64,000 bases of DNA from an uncultured Chloroflexia bacterium (GTDB taxonomy: Bacteria > Chloroflexota > Anaerolineae > Anaerolineales > E44-bin32): NCBI GenBank assembly GCA_963777165.1, contig CAVZPO010000023.1:558278-622277 (forward strand), given 5' to 3'. Below the pieces are notes generated by a model, which saw only the letters and a list, made by a program, of their open reading frames with translations, was not told the DNA's origin and made no database searches. Both the position numbers and the translations under genes were made by a program. Below are positions 9,087 through 17,433 of this stretch, piece by piece; the stretch's first letter is position 1; the number at the start of each line of letters is the position of its first letter.

Positions 9087-9530
9087 TCACGCCGCCTGCA
9101 CCCTTCCCGGAAACCCGTCCACCAGCCCCTCCAGGACGGTCTCCCCGTTCTGATTGCGGCAAGTGCATTGAAGCCGGACCGAACCTTTCTCCTCATCCAT
9201 TTCGATCACCGCACCTTCGGCCGTGATCGTTTCGCCGATGAAGACCGGCGCCAGGAAGCGAAAGTCCATTCGCGTCGCCAGAAACCCCCACAGCCCTCCG
9301 AGGTGTGTCAGCAAGCTGGCGACGAGCAGCCCGGGGACGATCCGCTTACCGAAGCGCGAGTGGCTGGCGTAGACGTCATCCGTGTGCAGTGGGTTGATGT
9401 CCCACGTAGCGCCGATGAACATCGCCACATCGCCCTCGGTGAGCGTCCGGCGGAACCAGGTCTTCAGGCCGACCTGCAATCCCGCCGGCGGCAGGCGTCC
9501 GGGGAGGCTGGAAAGATCTTCGCTGCTCAC
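9087..9530 (-). CDS. MaoC-like (R)-specific enoyl-CoA hydratase / hot-dog fold protein
   Basis: 147 aa. The motif block F..ATWD.NPLHTD......S.FG..I.PG is characteristic of MaoC dehydratases. Confidence 0.7.
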   Translation of the reverse strand: MSSEDLSSLPGRLPPAGLQVGLKTWFRRTLTEGDVAMFIGATWDINPLHTDDVYASHSRFGKRIVPGLLVASLLTHLGGLWGFLATRMDFRFLAPVFIGETITAEGAVIEMDEEKGSVRLQCTCRNQNGETVLEGLVDGFPGRVQAA

Positions 9531-9562
9531 CGCTACCTTCCTTCCAGGCGAGCCAGACCGGC

Positions 9563-9919
9563 TCAGTGCTTCACCAGGTGTTTGATTTCGTCCTGGGAGT
9601 CCTCATACCGGCCTAAGGAGAAGCCCAGCAGCACGAGGAAACCGAGCGCGCCGAGTCCGCCGCACACCGCCCAGGTCTCCGGAAGCCAGAGGGGCAGCAC
9701 CGCCAGGATCAAGACCCCCCCGATGCCCCCCAGGAACGTGCCGCGCCACATCTTGGGAATGTCCAGCCACATGCGGATCAGGGAGAAGGGCTGCCGGTGA
9801 CGCTGCTGCTTCTGCGCGACGGAACGATCCAGCTTGCGGACCTTGGTCATCGGGTCGCGCGCTGCGATCTGCTTGTCGCGGATGCGGCGAAAGTGATCGG
9901 CATCATCTTTGGGCGGCAT
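9563..9919 (-). CDS. Hypothetical small membrane protein (two predicted TM helices)
   Basis: The ATG at 9919 is preceded by AGGAGG on the minus strand. The longer track ORF (to 10090) would overlap the pckA 3' end. Hydrophobic stretches: FLGGIGGVLILAVLPLWL and AVCGGLGALGFLVLLGF. Confidence 0.5.
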   Translation of the reverse strand: MPPKDDADHFRRIRDKQIAARDPMTKVRKLDRSVAQKQQRHRQPFSLIRMWLDIPKMWRGTFLGGIGGVLILAVLPLWLPETWAVCGGLGALGFLVLLGFSLGRYEDSQDEIKHLVKH

Positions 9920-9954
9920 GATCCCCTCCTGGGCGGCGGGTTGTGACGACCGGG

Positions 9955-11607
9955 TCAGCCGGCGTGACGCAACTGCGGCCCGGCCTTGACCACTTCCGGA
10001 GGCGAGTCGGCCTCGAATCGCTTGAAGTTCTCGACAAACCTCGCTCCAAGTTCGCGGTAGCGCTGCATGTAGACGTCCCGGTTCGGCCAAGAGCTCCCTG
10101 GGTCGAGCACCGAGTCGGGGACGCCCTCGCAGTGCTTCGGCACCTGGAAGCCGAAGATCGGATCGACCCCGTATTCAGCGTCCTTCAGCTTCCCGTCCAG
10201 CGCGGAGTTCAACAACGCCCGCGTGTGCCCGATGCTGATGCGCTTCCCGACGCCGTACGGCCCGCCGACCCAGCCGGTGTTCACCAGCCAGCACTCCACC
10301 CCATGGCGAATGATCTTACGCTTGAACAGATCGGCGTAGTAGGACGGGTGATGGACCATGAACGGTGCGCCGAAACACGCGCTGAACGTGATCTCCGGCT
10401 CCTCGCGCAGGCCGATCTCGGTCCCGGCGATCTTGGCCGTGTAGCCCGACATGAACTGGTACAGCGCCTGGTCCGGGGTCAGGCGGGCGATCGGCGGCAT
10501 CACGCCCGAGGCATCGCAGGTCAGCAGGATGATGTTCGTCGGGTGGCCGGCCCGCTTGGCCGAGAGCGCGTTCTCGATGAACTCCAGGGGATAGGAAGCG
10601 CGCGTGTTCTCGGTGATCGATTCGTCGTCCAGATCGATCTGGCGCGTCACCGGATCGAAGACGACGTTCTCCAGGATCGTACCGAACTTGCGCGTGCAGG
10701 CATAGATCTGCGGCTCGGCCGACGGCGAGAGCTGAATGACCTTGGCGTAGCAGCCGGCCTCGAAGTTGAACACCCCTTCGTCGCTCCAGCCGTGCTCATC
10801 GTCCCCGATCAGGCTCCGCCGGGGATCGGCCGAAAGGGTCGTCTTGCCCGTGCCCGAGAGGCCGAAGAACAGGGCCACGTCGCCCCGGCTGCCGACGTTG
10901 GCCGAACAATGCATCGACAGCACGCCCTGCAGCGGGAGCAGGTAGTTGAGGATGGTGAAGATCGCTTTCTTGATTTCGCCGGCATAGGCGGTGTTCCCGA
11001 TCAGACACAGCCGCTGCTCGAAGTTGAGGACGATGAAGGTCCCCGAGCGCGTGGCATCGATCTGCTGCATGCCCTGGAAGGAAGGCACGCATAGCACGGT
11101 GAACTCCGGCACGTGCCGCCGGCATTCTTCATTGGTGGCGGGCACCAGGAACATGTTGCGGGCGAACAAGCTGTGCCAGGCTGTCTCGGTCACGATGCGG
11201 ATCGGCAGCCGATACTGCGGATCCGCCCCGGCGAAGCAGTCCTGCACGAACACATCACGCCCCTGGACGTAGCCCTGCATCCGGTCATAGAGCTCGCCGA
11301 ACATGTCCGGGGCGAAAGGACGGTTGTACTCTCCCCACCAGACGTGGCCCTCCGAGCTGCCTTCTCGGACCACGAACTTGTCGTTGGCCGATCGCGCCGT
11401 GTGGCGACCGGTGTTGACCACGATCGGGCCCTGCTGGGTGATCCGTCCTTCTCCCCGGAAGACGATCTCCTCGTACAACGCCTCGTTGGGCAGATTCCAG
11501 TACACCTGGTGGAGGTTGGCCAGCCCGAGCGTCTCCAGGCCGAAATCGCTCTTGCGTGCTCCGGCCTGGGCCTGCGCCGGCGTTCGGATATCGAGCAGGT
11601 TGTTCAT
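9955..11607 (-). CDS. pckA: Phosphoenolpyruvate carboxykinase (ATP)
   Basis: 550 aa. N-terminal ...LYEEIVFRGEGRITQQGPIVVNTGRHTARSANDKF and the kinase-1a motif FFGLSGTGKTTLS. Confidence 0.9.
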   Translation of the reverse strand: MNNLLDIRTPAQAQAGARKSDFGLETLGLANLHQVYWNLPNEALYEEIVFRGEGRITQQGPIVVNTGRHTARSANDKFVVREGSSEGHVWWGEYNRPFAPDMFGELYDRMQGYVQGRDVFVQDCFAGADPQYRLPIRIVTETAWHSLFARNMFLVPATNEECRRHVPEFTVLCVPSFQGMQQIDATRSGTFIVLNFEQRLCLIGNTAYAGEIKKAIFTILNYLLPLQGVLSMHCSANVGSRGDVALFFGLSGTGKTTLSADPRRSLIGDDEHGWSDEGVFNFEAGCYAKVIQLSPSAEPQIYACTRKFGTILENVVFDPVTRQIDLDDESITENTRASYPLEFIENALSAKRAGHPTNIILLTCDASGVMPPIARLTPDQALYQFMSGYTAKIAGTEIGLREEPEITFSACFGAPFMVHHPSYYADLFKRKIIRHGVECWLVNTGWVGGPYGVGKRISIGHTRALLNSALDGKLKDAEYGVDPIFGFQVPKHCEGVPDSVLDPGSSWPNRDVYMQRYRELGARFVENFKRFEADSPPEVVKAGPQLRHAG

Positions 11608-12821
11608 AGCCAGTCCCTGACCAGCTTGCGGTCGCCGATGTAGATCTCATTCGGCGAATTCGGGTCGAGCGCCCATTTAATGCGTGCCACCCCTTCCGTC
11701 AGGTCCTTCACGCCGCCCGAGTAGCTTAGACGCAAGTGGCCCTCCATCCCGAATTCCTTCCCTGGGACGGTTACGACGAGTGCCTTCTTCAACAGGAACG
11801 TGGACAGCGCTACCGAGTCCTGGTTGTAGTAGCGGAAATCCGGCAGGCAGTAGAACGTCCCCTGCGGACGGGGAGTAACGATCGAGGCAACGCCGGTCAG
11901 CTCCTGCATCACCACGTCGCGGTTGTTCTGGATCGTAAGGCGCAAGCTCTCGACGAAGCTCTGCATGCCGGTCAAAGCGCCCTCGGCGCCAGCCTGCAGA
12001 ATGGCCGAGGCGCACGAGGTGGTCTGCGCCTGGACGTTGGCCATGATCTCGATGATCGCCCGCGGCCCGACGGCCCAGCCGATACGGAAGCCGGTCATGC
12101 CGTACAATTTCGAGATCCCGTTGATCACGATGATCCGGCTCGACTCGACGTCCTTCGTGGTGAAGTTGTAGGCCGGCGCGGCGCGCTGGCCGTCGAAGAC
12201 CAGCTTGTGATAGATGTCGTCGGTAATCAAGTACAGGTTCTTGCGCTCGCAGAACTCGACCAGGCCGGCCACGAAGCTCTCGGGAAACACCATCCCTGAC
12301 GGATTGTTCGGGCTGTTCAGGATGACGGCCTTGGTGTACCCGCTGACCGCCCGCTCGATGTCTTCCAGGCGCGGCTGGAAGGTTCCGTCTTCAGGGGTGA
12401 CGACGACCGGAACGCCGCCCACCATGCGGATCATCTCCGGGTAGCTCACCCAGTACGGCGCCAGGAGAATGACCTCTTCCTGCGGGTTGAGCAGCGTGAA
12501 CAACAACATGTGGATTGCCTGCTTGGCGCCAGTGGCGACGATCACGTTCTCAGGCGCCGCCAGCCGATCGTAGTGCTCCTCGGTATAGCGGATGATGGCC
12601 TTCTTCAGAGAAGGCAGCCCGTCGGTCGGCGTGTACTTGACGTCGCCCCCGCTCAGCTTGGAGGCCGCGCTCAGGATGGCGGTAATCGGGGCGCGGTTCT
12701 TCGGCTCCCCGATTCCCAGGTTGATCACGTCCTCGCCCCGCTCGCGCAGGATACGGGCTTCCTCGTTGAGCCTCAGCGTGGGAGACTCAGCGATCGAACG
12801 TGCCAGTCGGCTCAAACTCAT
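11604..12821 (-). CDS. Class I/II pyridoxal-phosphate aminotransferase (aspartate aminotransferase-like)
   Basis: 405 aa. INLGIGEP, NSPNNPSGMV, and the PLP-lysine region GISKLYGMTGFRIGWAV. Its stop overlaps the pckA start (4-nt overlap). Confidence 0.8.
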   Translation of the reverse strand: MSLSRLARSIAESPTLRLNEEARILRERGEDVINLGIGEPKNRAPITAILSAASKLSGGDVKYTPTDGLPSLKKAIIRYTEEHYDRLAAPENVIVATGAKQAIHMLLFTLLNPQEEVILLAPYWVSYPEMIRMVGGVPVVVTPEDGTFQPRLEDIERAVSGYTKAVILNSPNNPSGMVFPESFVAGLVEFCERKNLYLITDDIYHKLVFDGQRAAPAYNFTTKDVESSRIIVINGISKLYGMTGFRIGWAVGPRAIIEIMANVQAQTTSCASAILQAGAEGALTGMQSFVESLRLTIQNNRDVVMQELTGVASIVTPRPQGTFYCLPDFRYYNQDSVALSTFLLKKALVVTVPGKEFGMEGHLRLSYSGGVKDLTEGVARIKWALDPNSPNEIYIGDRKLVRDWL

Positions 12822-12960
12822 ACGTCAGCACCTCGCAGGCGCCCATCCAGTGGACGCCGGATCAAATCCACCCTTCGGGGGAACATCATCCCGGGCCGCC
12901 GGTCATATTATAGTGTCTCGGGTGCACCGCCCCCCGCCTCCGCCCGCAGGAAGCCGGCGG

Positions 12961-13890
12961 ATGGCTTGCTGGGCCAACCGGTCGAGAGACTGCGCCCTAG
13001 CCTGGAGACTGATGACCCACCCCCGCCATCCCACGGTCACCCTCACCCGTCTGCGCGCTTATCGCGCCCAGACGTTCCGGCTCGCCCCAGGCCTTCAGGT
13101 GAAGACACCCCGGCAGGCACTGGCATTCGTCGAAGAGCGCGGCTTCGTTTTCTTCTGGGCGATCCAAGGGATCGACCTGCCGAGCCTGTGGACGGCCGTG
13201 GCCGGGAACCGGCGCGTGGCCAGCGAGCACGACGACCCCGGGCACGTGACCTGGGGCTGGAAAGACTCGCTCCTGAGCCAGCGCCGCTGGTTCTACGCCA
13301 AGTTGCTCCGCGGCAAGTCGATGATGGTCAGCCTGAAGACGCTGCCCTACTTCTACGCCCTGAGCGACCGTCTCGGCGATCTAGAGGACTATCAACTCGC
13401 CTACGAAGCCGGCCGGCTGAGCCGCGAGGCGCGGGCCATCGCCGATGCTCTGTGCATCCACGGCGCGCAGCACACCGTCGCTTTGCGGAAGCTTGCCCAC
13501 CTCTCTTCCCAAGCCTCCAAGCGCAGGTTTGACAAAGGACTCCACGACCTGCAGCGCGGGCTGTGGGTCGTGCCCGTGGGCGTTGCGGAGGCTGGCGCCT
13601 GGCGCTACGCCTTCATCTACGAACTGCTCGATCGATGGCTCCCGGACATCGCCCGGCAGGCGCGACGGATTCCGCAGGATGCCGCGCGTTCCCATCTGGC
13701 CGGGCTGTACCTGGATTCGGTTGGGGCGGCCGAAGCGCCTGCCATCCGCAGCCTGTTCCGCTGGAGCGGGGCTGACGTTGACGCGGCCCTTCAGGCACTG
13801 GGATCGCGCGGGACGGCCGCCCAACTCGAGGACGGCCGCTGGGTGAGCAGCCGGCTCTTGGCGGGTCCGGTTCGTCGTCCCCGTCGCTAG
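12961..13890 (+). CDS. Hypothetical protein, possibly an AlkZ/YcaQ-related winged-helix protein
   Basis: The open frame has ATG candidates at 12961 and 13012. The upstream part of the track ORF overlaps aspC antisense and is discounted. The family assignment rests on weak recollection of the overall pattern only. Confidence 0.35.
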   Translation: MACWANRSRDCALAWRLMTHPRHPTVTLTRLRAYRAQTFRLAPGLQVKTPRQALAFVEERGFVFFWAIQGIDLPSLWTAVAGNRRVASEHDDPGHVTWGWKDSLLSQRRWFYAKLLRGKSMMVSLKTLPYFYALSDRLGDLEDYQLAYEAGRLSREARAIADALCIHGAQHTVALRKLAHLSSQASKRRFDKGLHDLQRGLWVVPVGVAEAGAWRYAFIYELLDRWLPDIARQARRIPQDAARSHLAGLYLDSVGAAEAPAIRSLFRWSGADVDAALQALGSRGTAAQLEDGRWVSSRLLAGPVRRPRR

Positions 13891-13891
13891 T

Positions 13892-15541
13892 TCAATCCCC
13901 AGCTGTCGGCAGGAGCGGCTCCTTACGCACCGGGCGGATATGCCGTGCATAGTCGGGCAGCAGGATCGGGGACGGGCGCCCGTCCTCCAGACCGGCCTGC
14001 TGCCGTTCGTGGTTCCATCTCCGCAGATGATCCAGCGTCCGTGCCCTCGGCTCGTGCCCGAGGGCGTAGGCTGCGGCCGCCGTCCCGGCGCGGCGTCCAA
14101 AGACGGTGATGTCGAGCAGCGAGTTTCCCATCAACCGGTTCGATCCGTGGATCCCGCCCGCCGCTTCGCCTGCCACGTACAGGCCATCGACGCCGGTGGA
14201 TCCATCCGACAGGATCCGGATCCCTCCGTTTTGATAATGGAGCGTCGGATAGACCAGCATCGGCTGGCGTGTGATGTCGATGTCGAATCCCTTGAACTGA
14301 CGCACCATCGCCGGCAGTTCCTTCTCGATCGTCCCCGGCCCGTGGATCTGGTTGATCATCGGTGAATCGAGCCACACCCCGGGCTGGCCCGTCGGTGTCA
14401 CCACACCGGTCTTGCGGTCCAGGCACTCACGAATGAACGACGCCGCCTCAACATCGCGCGTTTCCAGGGGAAACACGAACTGCTCGCCGGAGATGTTGCA
14501 TACCTGCGCGCCCAGGCCGCGGACCTTTTCTGTCACCAGTTGCCCGAGGATCTGCTCCGGGTAGGCGACACCGGTGGGGTGATACTGCATCGTATGCAGG
14601 AACGCCAGGCGGCCCCCCACGCGGTAGGCCAGTACGAGGCCGTCCGCTGTCGCACCATAGTGATTGGTCGTGGGGAATCCCTGGTAATGCAGCCGGCCGC
14701 CTCCACCGGTGGCCAGGATCACCGCACGGGCTTGGACGAGCTTGTACTCTCGCGTCTCCAGGTCGAGCAGCACGGCGCCGGAGACGCTTCCCTGCCCGTC
14801 GGTCAGCAGCTCGACAACCGGGTTGAATTCGAGCACCCGGATGGTCTCCGCCCGCGAGCGGACCTCATCGCGCAGCACACGCATGATCTCTGCGCCGGAG
14901 TAGTCCCGCGCCGAGTGCATCCGCTTGCGCGACGTACCGCCGCCGTGGATGGTGCTCATGGCACCGTCCGCCCGCTTGTCGAACATCACGCCGAGCCCTT
15001 CGAGCCACTGGATAACCTTCGGCGCATCCGTGACCAGCGCCTCGACCAAATCCGGGTGGTTCGAGAAATGCCCCCCGCCCATCACGTCCAGATAGTGAAT
15101 TGCCGGCGAGTCTTCAGGCTGATCGGCGGCCTGAATCCCTCCCTGCGCCATCATCGTATTGGCGTCGCCGAAACGCAGCTTGGTGACCATGAGCACCCGG
15201 GCGCCCGCTTCGGATGCCATCAGCGCCGCGCACGCGCCGGCGCCACCGCCCCCGACGATCAACACGTCGGTCTCCAGATCACAACGGTCCAGGGCGAACG
15301 TGTCCGGGTCGAGCTGCGCCGGCGCCTCCAATACTTCGGCAAGCTCCAGAGGCGTGCGGTCGCCTTTGCAGGCTCCGAGCCGGATCTCGCGCGATGCCAG
15401 GGCGATGTAATCCGGATGAAAGCGTCTGAGCACGTCGTCGCGCTGCTCCGGCGTGAGCCTGGGGAAGGTGGTGCTCATCCGCGCGCCACGGCTGGCTTCC
15501 ACGCGGGCGATCGACTCAAGCATGGCAGGCGTGTAGGCCAT
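13892..15541 (-). CDS. Fumarate reductase / succinate dehydrogenase-family flavoprotein (FrdA/SdhA/TfrA-like) with a ~100-aa N-terminal extension
   Basis: FAD motif DVLIVGGGGAGACAAL, active-site region PTLHYQNGGI, and C-terminal GSNRLMGNSLLDITVFGRRAG, all typical of the Frd/Sdh/NadB family. The first ~100 aa precede the Rossmann motif. Confidence 0.75.
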   Translation of the reverse strand: MAYTPAMLESIARVEASRGARMSTTFPRLTPEQRDDVLRRFHPDYIALASREIRLGACKGDRTPLELAEVLEAPAQLDPDTFALDRCDLETDVLIVGGGGAGACAALMASEAGARVLMVTKLRFGDANTMMAQGGIQAADQPEDSPAIHYLDVMGGGHFSNHPDLVEALVTDAPKVIQWLEGLGVMFDKRADGAMSTIHGGGTSRKRMHSARDYSGAEIMRVLRDEVRSRAETIRVLEFNPVVELLTDGQGSVSGAVLLDLETREYKLVQARAVILATGGGGRLHYQGFPTTNHYGATADGLVLAYRVGGRLAFLHTMQYHPTGVAYPEQILGQLVTEKVRGLGAQVCNISGEQFVFPLETRDVEAASFIRECLDRKTGVVTPTGQPGVWLDSPMINQIHGPGTIEKELPAMVRQFKGFDIDITRQPMLVYPTLHYQNGGIRILSDGSTGVDGLYVAGEAAGGIHGSNRLMGNSLLDITVFGRRAGTAAAAYALGHEPRARTLDHLRRWNHERQQAGLEDGRPSPILLPDYARHIRPVRKEPLLPTAGD

Positions 15542-15550
15542 CCGGTCCTC

Positions 15551-16252
15551 CTAGGCTTCGATGTCTCGCGCGTCGTAGCGAGCGCGCAGGGATGCCTCGT
15601 CCAGCGCGCGCAGCTCGGCCAGCGCGGGGCCAAATTCCCCCCGTTCAACCTGTTCGACGCGGTCGGCAAGGTGAGCGGATCGCTTGGCCAGGTATCGCCC
15701 GTACAGCCTGCGGGCCAGCAGTGCCACGTTGTACTGGGTCTCTTCCACCGGGCAGCGTGCCGAGCACAGGCCACAGGCGATACAGTCGAAGGAAGAGTTG
15801 GCCACGGCGTCGATGTCCCCGCGCATGGCGGCGGCCATGTAGCCGCGCACATCGATCCCTTGGGGACAGGCCTTGGTGCACGTGCCGCACGCCAGGCAGC
15901 GCAGCAGCTCCGGGTAGAGCGTGAACAGCGTCCCCGGCACTGCGGCCAGCTCCTCCAGGCGGTAGTCGGCCCGGCGCGACGGGAAGAACGGGATTTGCGC
16001 CAGGTACATGTCGGGCCGGACGACCGTTTGGCAGGCCAATGCGAAGTACAGGCGCGGGTCGCCTTTCAAACGATAGACAGTGGCGCATGCGCCGCAGAAC
16101 CCGGCTCGGCAGCCGACGCCCCGTGTCAGCGTGTAGCCGGCATACTCCAGGGCGCGCAGAATGGTCAGCGTCGGAGGGACTTCCACACGCTGCCCCATCA
16201 CGAAGACGGGAATGTTCTCAACCTCCACGGCAGCCACCTCCTCGCCGCTCAC
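15551..16252 (-). CDS. Fumarate reductase-like iron-sulfur subunit ([2Fe-2S] plus two Cys4 clusters)
   Basis: CRAGFCGACA (plant-type 2Fe-2S), CLACGTCTKACP and CIACGLCSARCP. A candidate GTG start at 16252 overlaps the upstream stop (GTGA). An alternative GTG at 16228 lies 8 nt after GAGGAGG. Confidence 0.65.
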   Translation of the reverse strand: MSGEEVAAVEVENIPVFVMGQRVEVPPTLTILRALEYAGYTLTRGVGCRAGFCGACATVYRLKGDPRLYFALACQTVVRPDMYLAQIPFFPSRRADYRLEELAAVPGTLFTLYPELLRCLACGTCTKACPQGIDVRGYMAAAMRGDIDAVANSSFDCIACGLCSARCPVEETQYNVALLARRLYGRYLAKRSAHLADRVEQVERGEFGPALAELRALDEASLRARYDARDIEA

Positions 16253-17415
16253 CGGTGGGCCTCGCCCAGCTCGACGAATTCCTTGCGGTCGAATGTCGCC
16301 GGCGGGAGCGGGTCCTGCAGGCTGCGCCCCGGCACGTAATCGAAGAGCGCCTGCGTCCGGCGCGCGACTGTCTGGAAGAGCAGATCCACCGGCAGATCCG
16401 CCGGGCAGGCGCTGGTGCACATGCCGCACCCCACACACGATGCGGTCACATGACACAAGCGGGTGAGCTGGAAGGTCAGGGTGTCTCCCGGCAGGCGTGC
16501 CGCGCCCTTGCGCTCGGCCCAGCCGAAGTATCGGCGGGGCTCGTGGCGAAATGCATCGGTGCGGAACAAACATTCCTTGCAGTAGCAGATCGGGCAGGCG
16601 ACGGTGCAGTTGTGACAGCGTTGGCAGGGCTCGAAGTCGAGCATCAGCCCGGGACTTCCCTCAGGGCCGGGGTGCATCCGTGCTTCCATAGCATCGAGTG
16701 CCTGCAATCGCACCGTATGCCGAGCTGCCTCCAGCCCTCCCAGCGATGCGGCGCGCGCCGGAAGGTCTTCGATCGGCTGTGCTGAAGCGGGCAGCCAACC
16801 GCCGTCCCGCGCCTCCAGGAGCAGGCCGTCTTGCACACCGATCCAATGGACGGCCAGGTCGGCATCCCATGCTGCAGGTGTCTCACACAAAGTGCACGCG
16901 TGGCGATAGGCCTCCTGTGGAGCGTCCGGGGATGCTTCCCGCTGCGATGCATTCAACCGATGCCGCGCCTGTGGGTCGGATTCGCTCCAGCGCCGCCACG
17001 CGGCCCCCTCCAAGGTGCCGACACAGTCGATCCCGATGGTCATGAAGTCGTCCATCCGGAGCTGGTTGAGCTTGGCCAGCTCCACCATGCCGCGCAGTTC
17101 GCAGGGGCGGCAGACGATGCCGACCTTGCCTTCCGCCGGCGTCTCCTCCGTCGTCGCACCCTGGCTTACAAGCGACGCCATACGCGCCATGTGAATCGGC
17201 ATCACCGGCATCAGAGGATCGGCGAGTGTGAGTCGCTCGGCCTTCGTGACCAGTGCAGGCTGCACGCCCAGCCCGTCACGCGTCCGCAGCATCACCAGCA
17301 CGGCGCGCAGCCGGCCGGTCTCCAGCAGCTCGGCCAGAGTCTGCTGCAGAGTTTCCAGCCCACCGTCCGGTCCTCCCGGAAGAGCAGCAAACAAGCTCAT
17401 ACCGTTCGCTCCCAT
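16249..17415 (-). CDS. HydB/AsrA/Flx-like iron-sulfur protein (paralog 2)
   Basis: The N-terminal block VGIVCRPCELRGMVEL...MTIGIDCVGT and the C-terminal CQRCHNCTVACPICYC ... CVGCGMCTSACP mirror the layout of hydB in this same window (VVLGLHTCDLHAL...VSIEC; CLACAMCTNVCPTCYC ... CVGCGRCAQAC). An alternative ATG start is at 17400. Confidence 0.55.
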   Translation of the reverse strand: MGANGMSLFAALPGGPDGGLETLQQTLAELLETGRLRAVLVMLRTRDGLGVQPALVTKAERLTLADPLMPVMPIHMARMASLVSQGATTEETPAEGKVGIVCRPCELRGMVELAKLNQLRMDDFMTIGIDCVGTLEGAAWRRWSESDPQARHRLNASQREASPDAPQEAYRHACTLCETPAAWDADLAVHWIGVQDGLLLEARDGGWLPASAQPIEDLPARAASLGGLEAARHTVRLQALDAMEARMHPGPEGSPGLMLDFEPCQRCHNCTVACPICYCKECLFRTDAFRHEPRRYFGWAERKGAARLPGDTLTFQLTRLCHVTASCVGCGMCTSACPADLPVDLLFQTVARRTQALFDYVPGRSLQDPLPPATFDRKEFVELGEAHR

Positions 17416-17433
17416 CCGCCCATGCGGCGGTGC

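Noticed and set aside
12592-12960. Upstream part of the 432-aa ORF 12592-13890.
   Set aside because: It overlaps the 5' end of the aminotransferase gene on the opposite strand and the shared promoter region. The translation is low-complexity.
13892-15541. Assigning the flavoprotein as APS reductase AprA (because of the Qmo-like neighbours) or as L-aspartate oxidase (because of the aminotransferase nearby).
   Set aside because: The sequence carries Frd/Sdh-type HY.(N/M)GG and G.NRL..NSLL..VFG motifs rather than AprA features, and it is paired with a 2Fe-2S/4Fe-4S FrdB-like subunit, which NadB lacks. The NadB alternative is not fully excluded without phylogeny.
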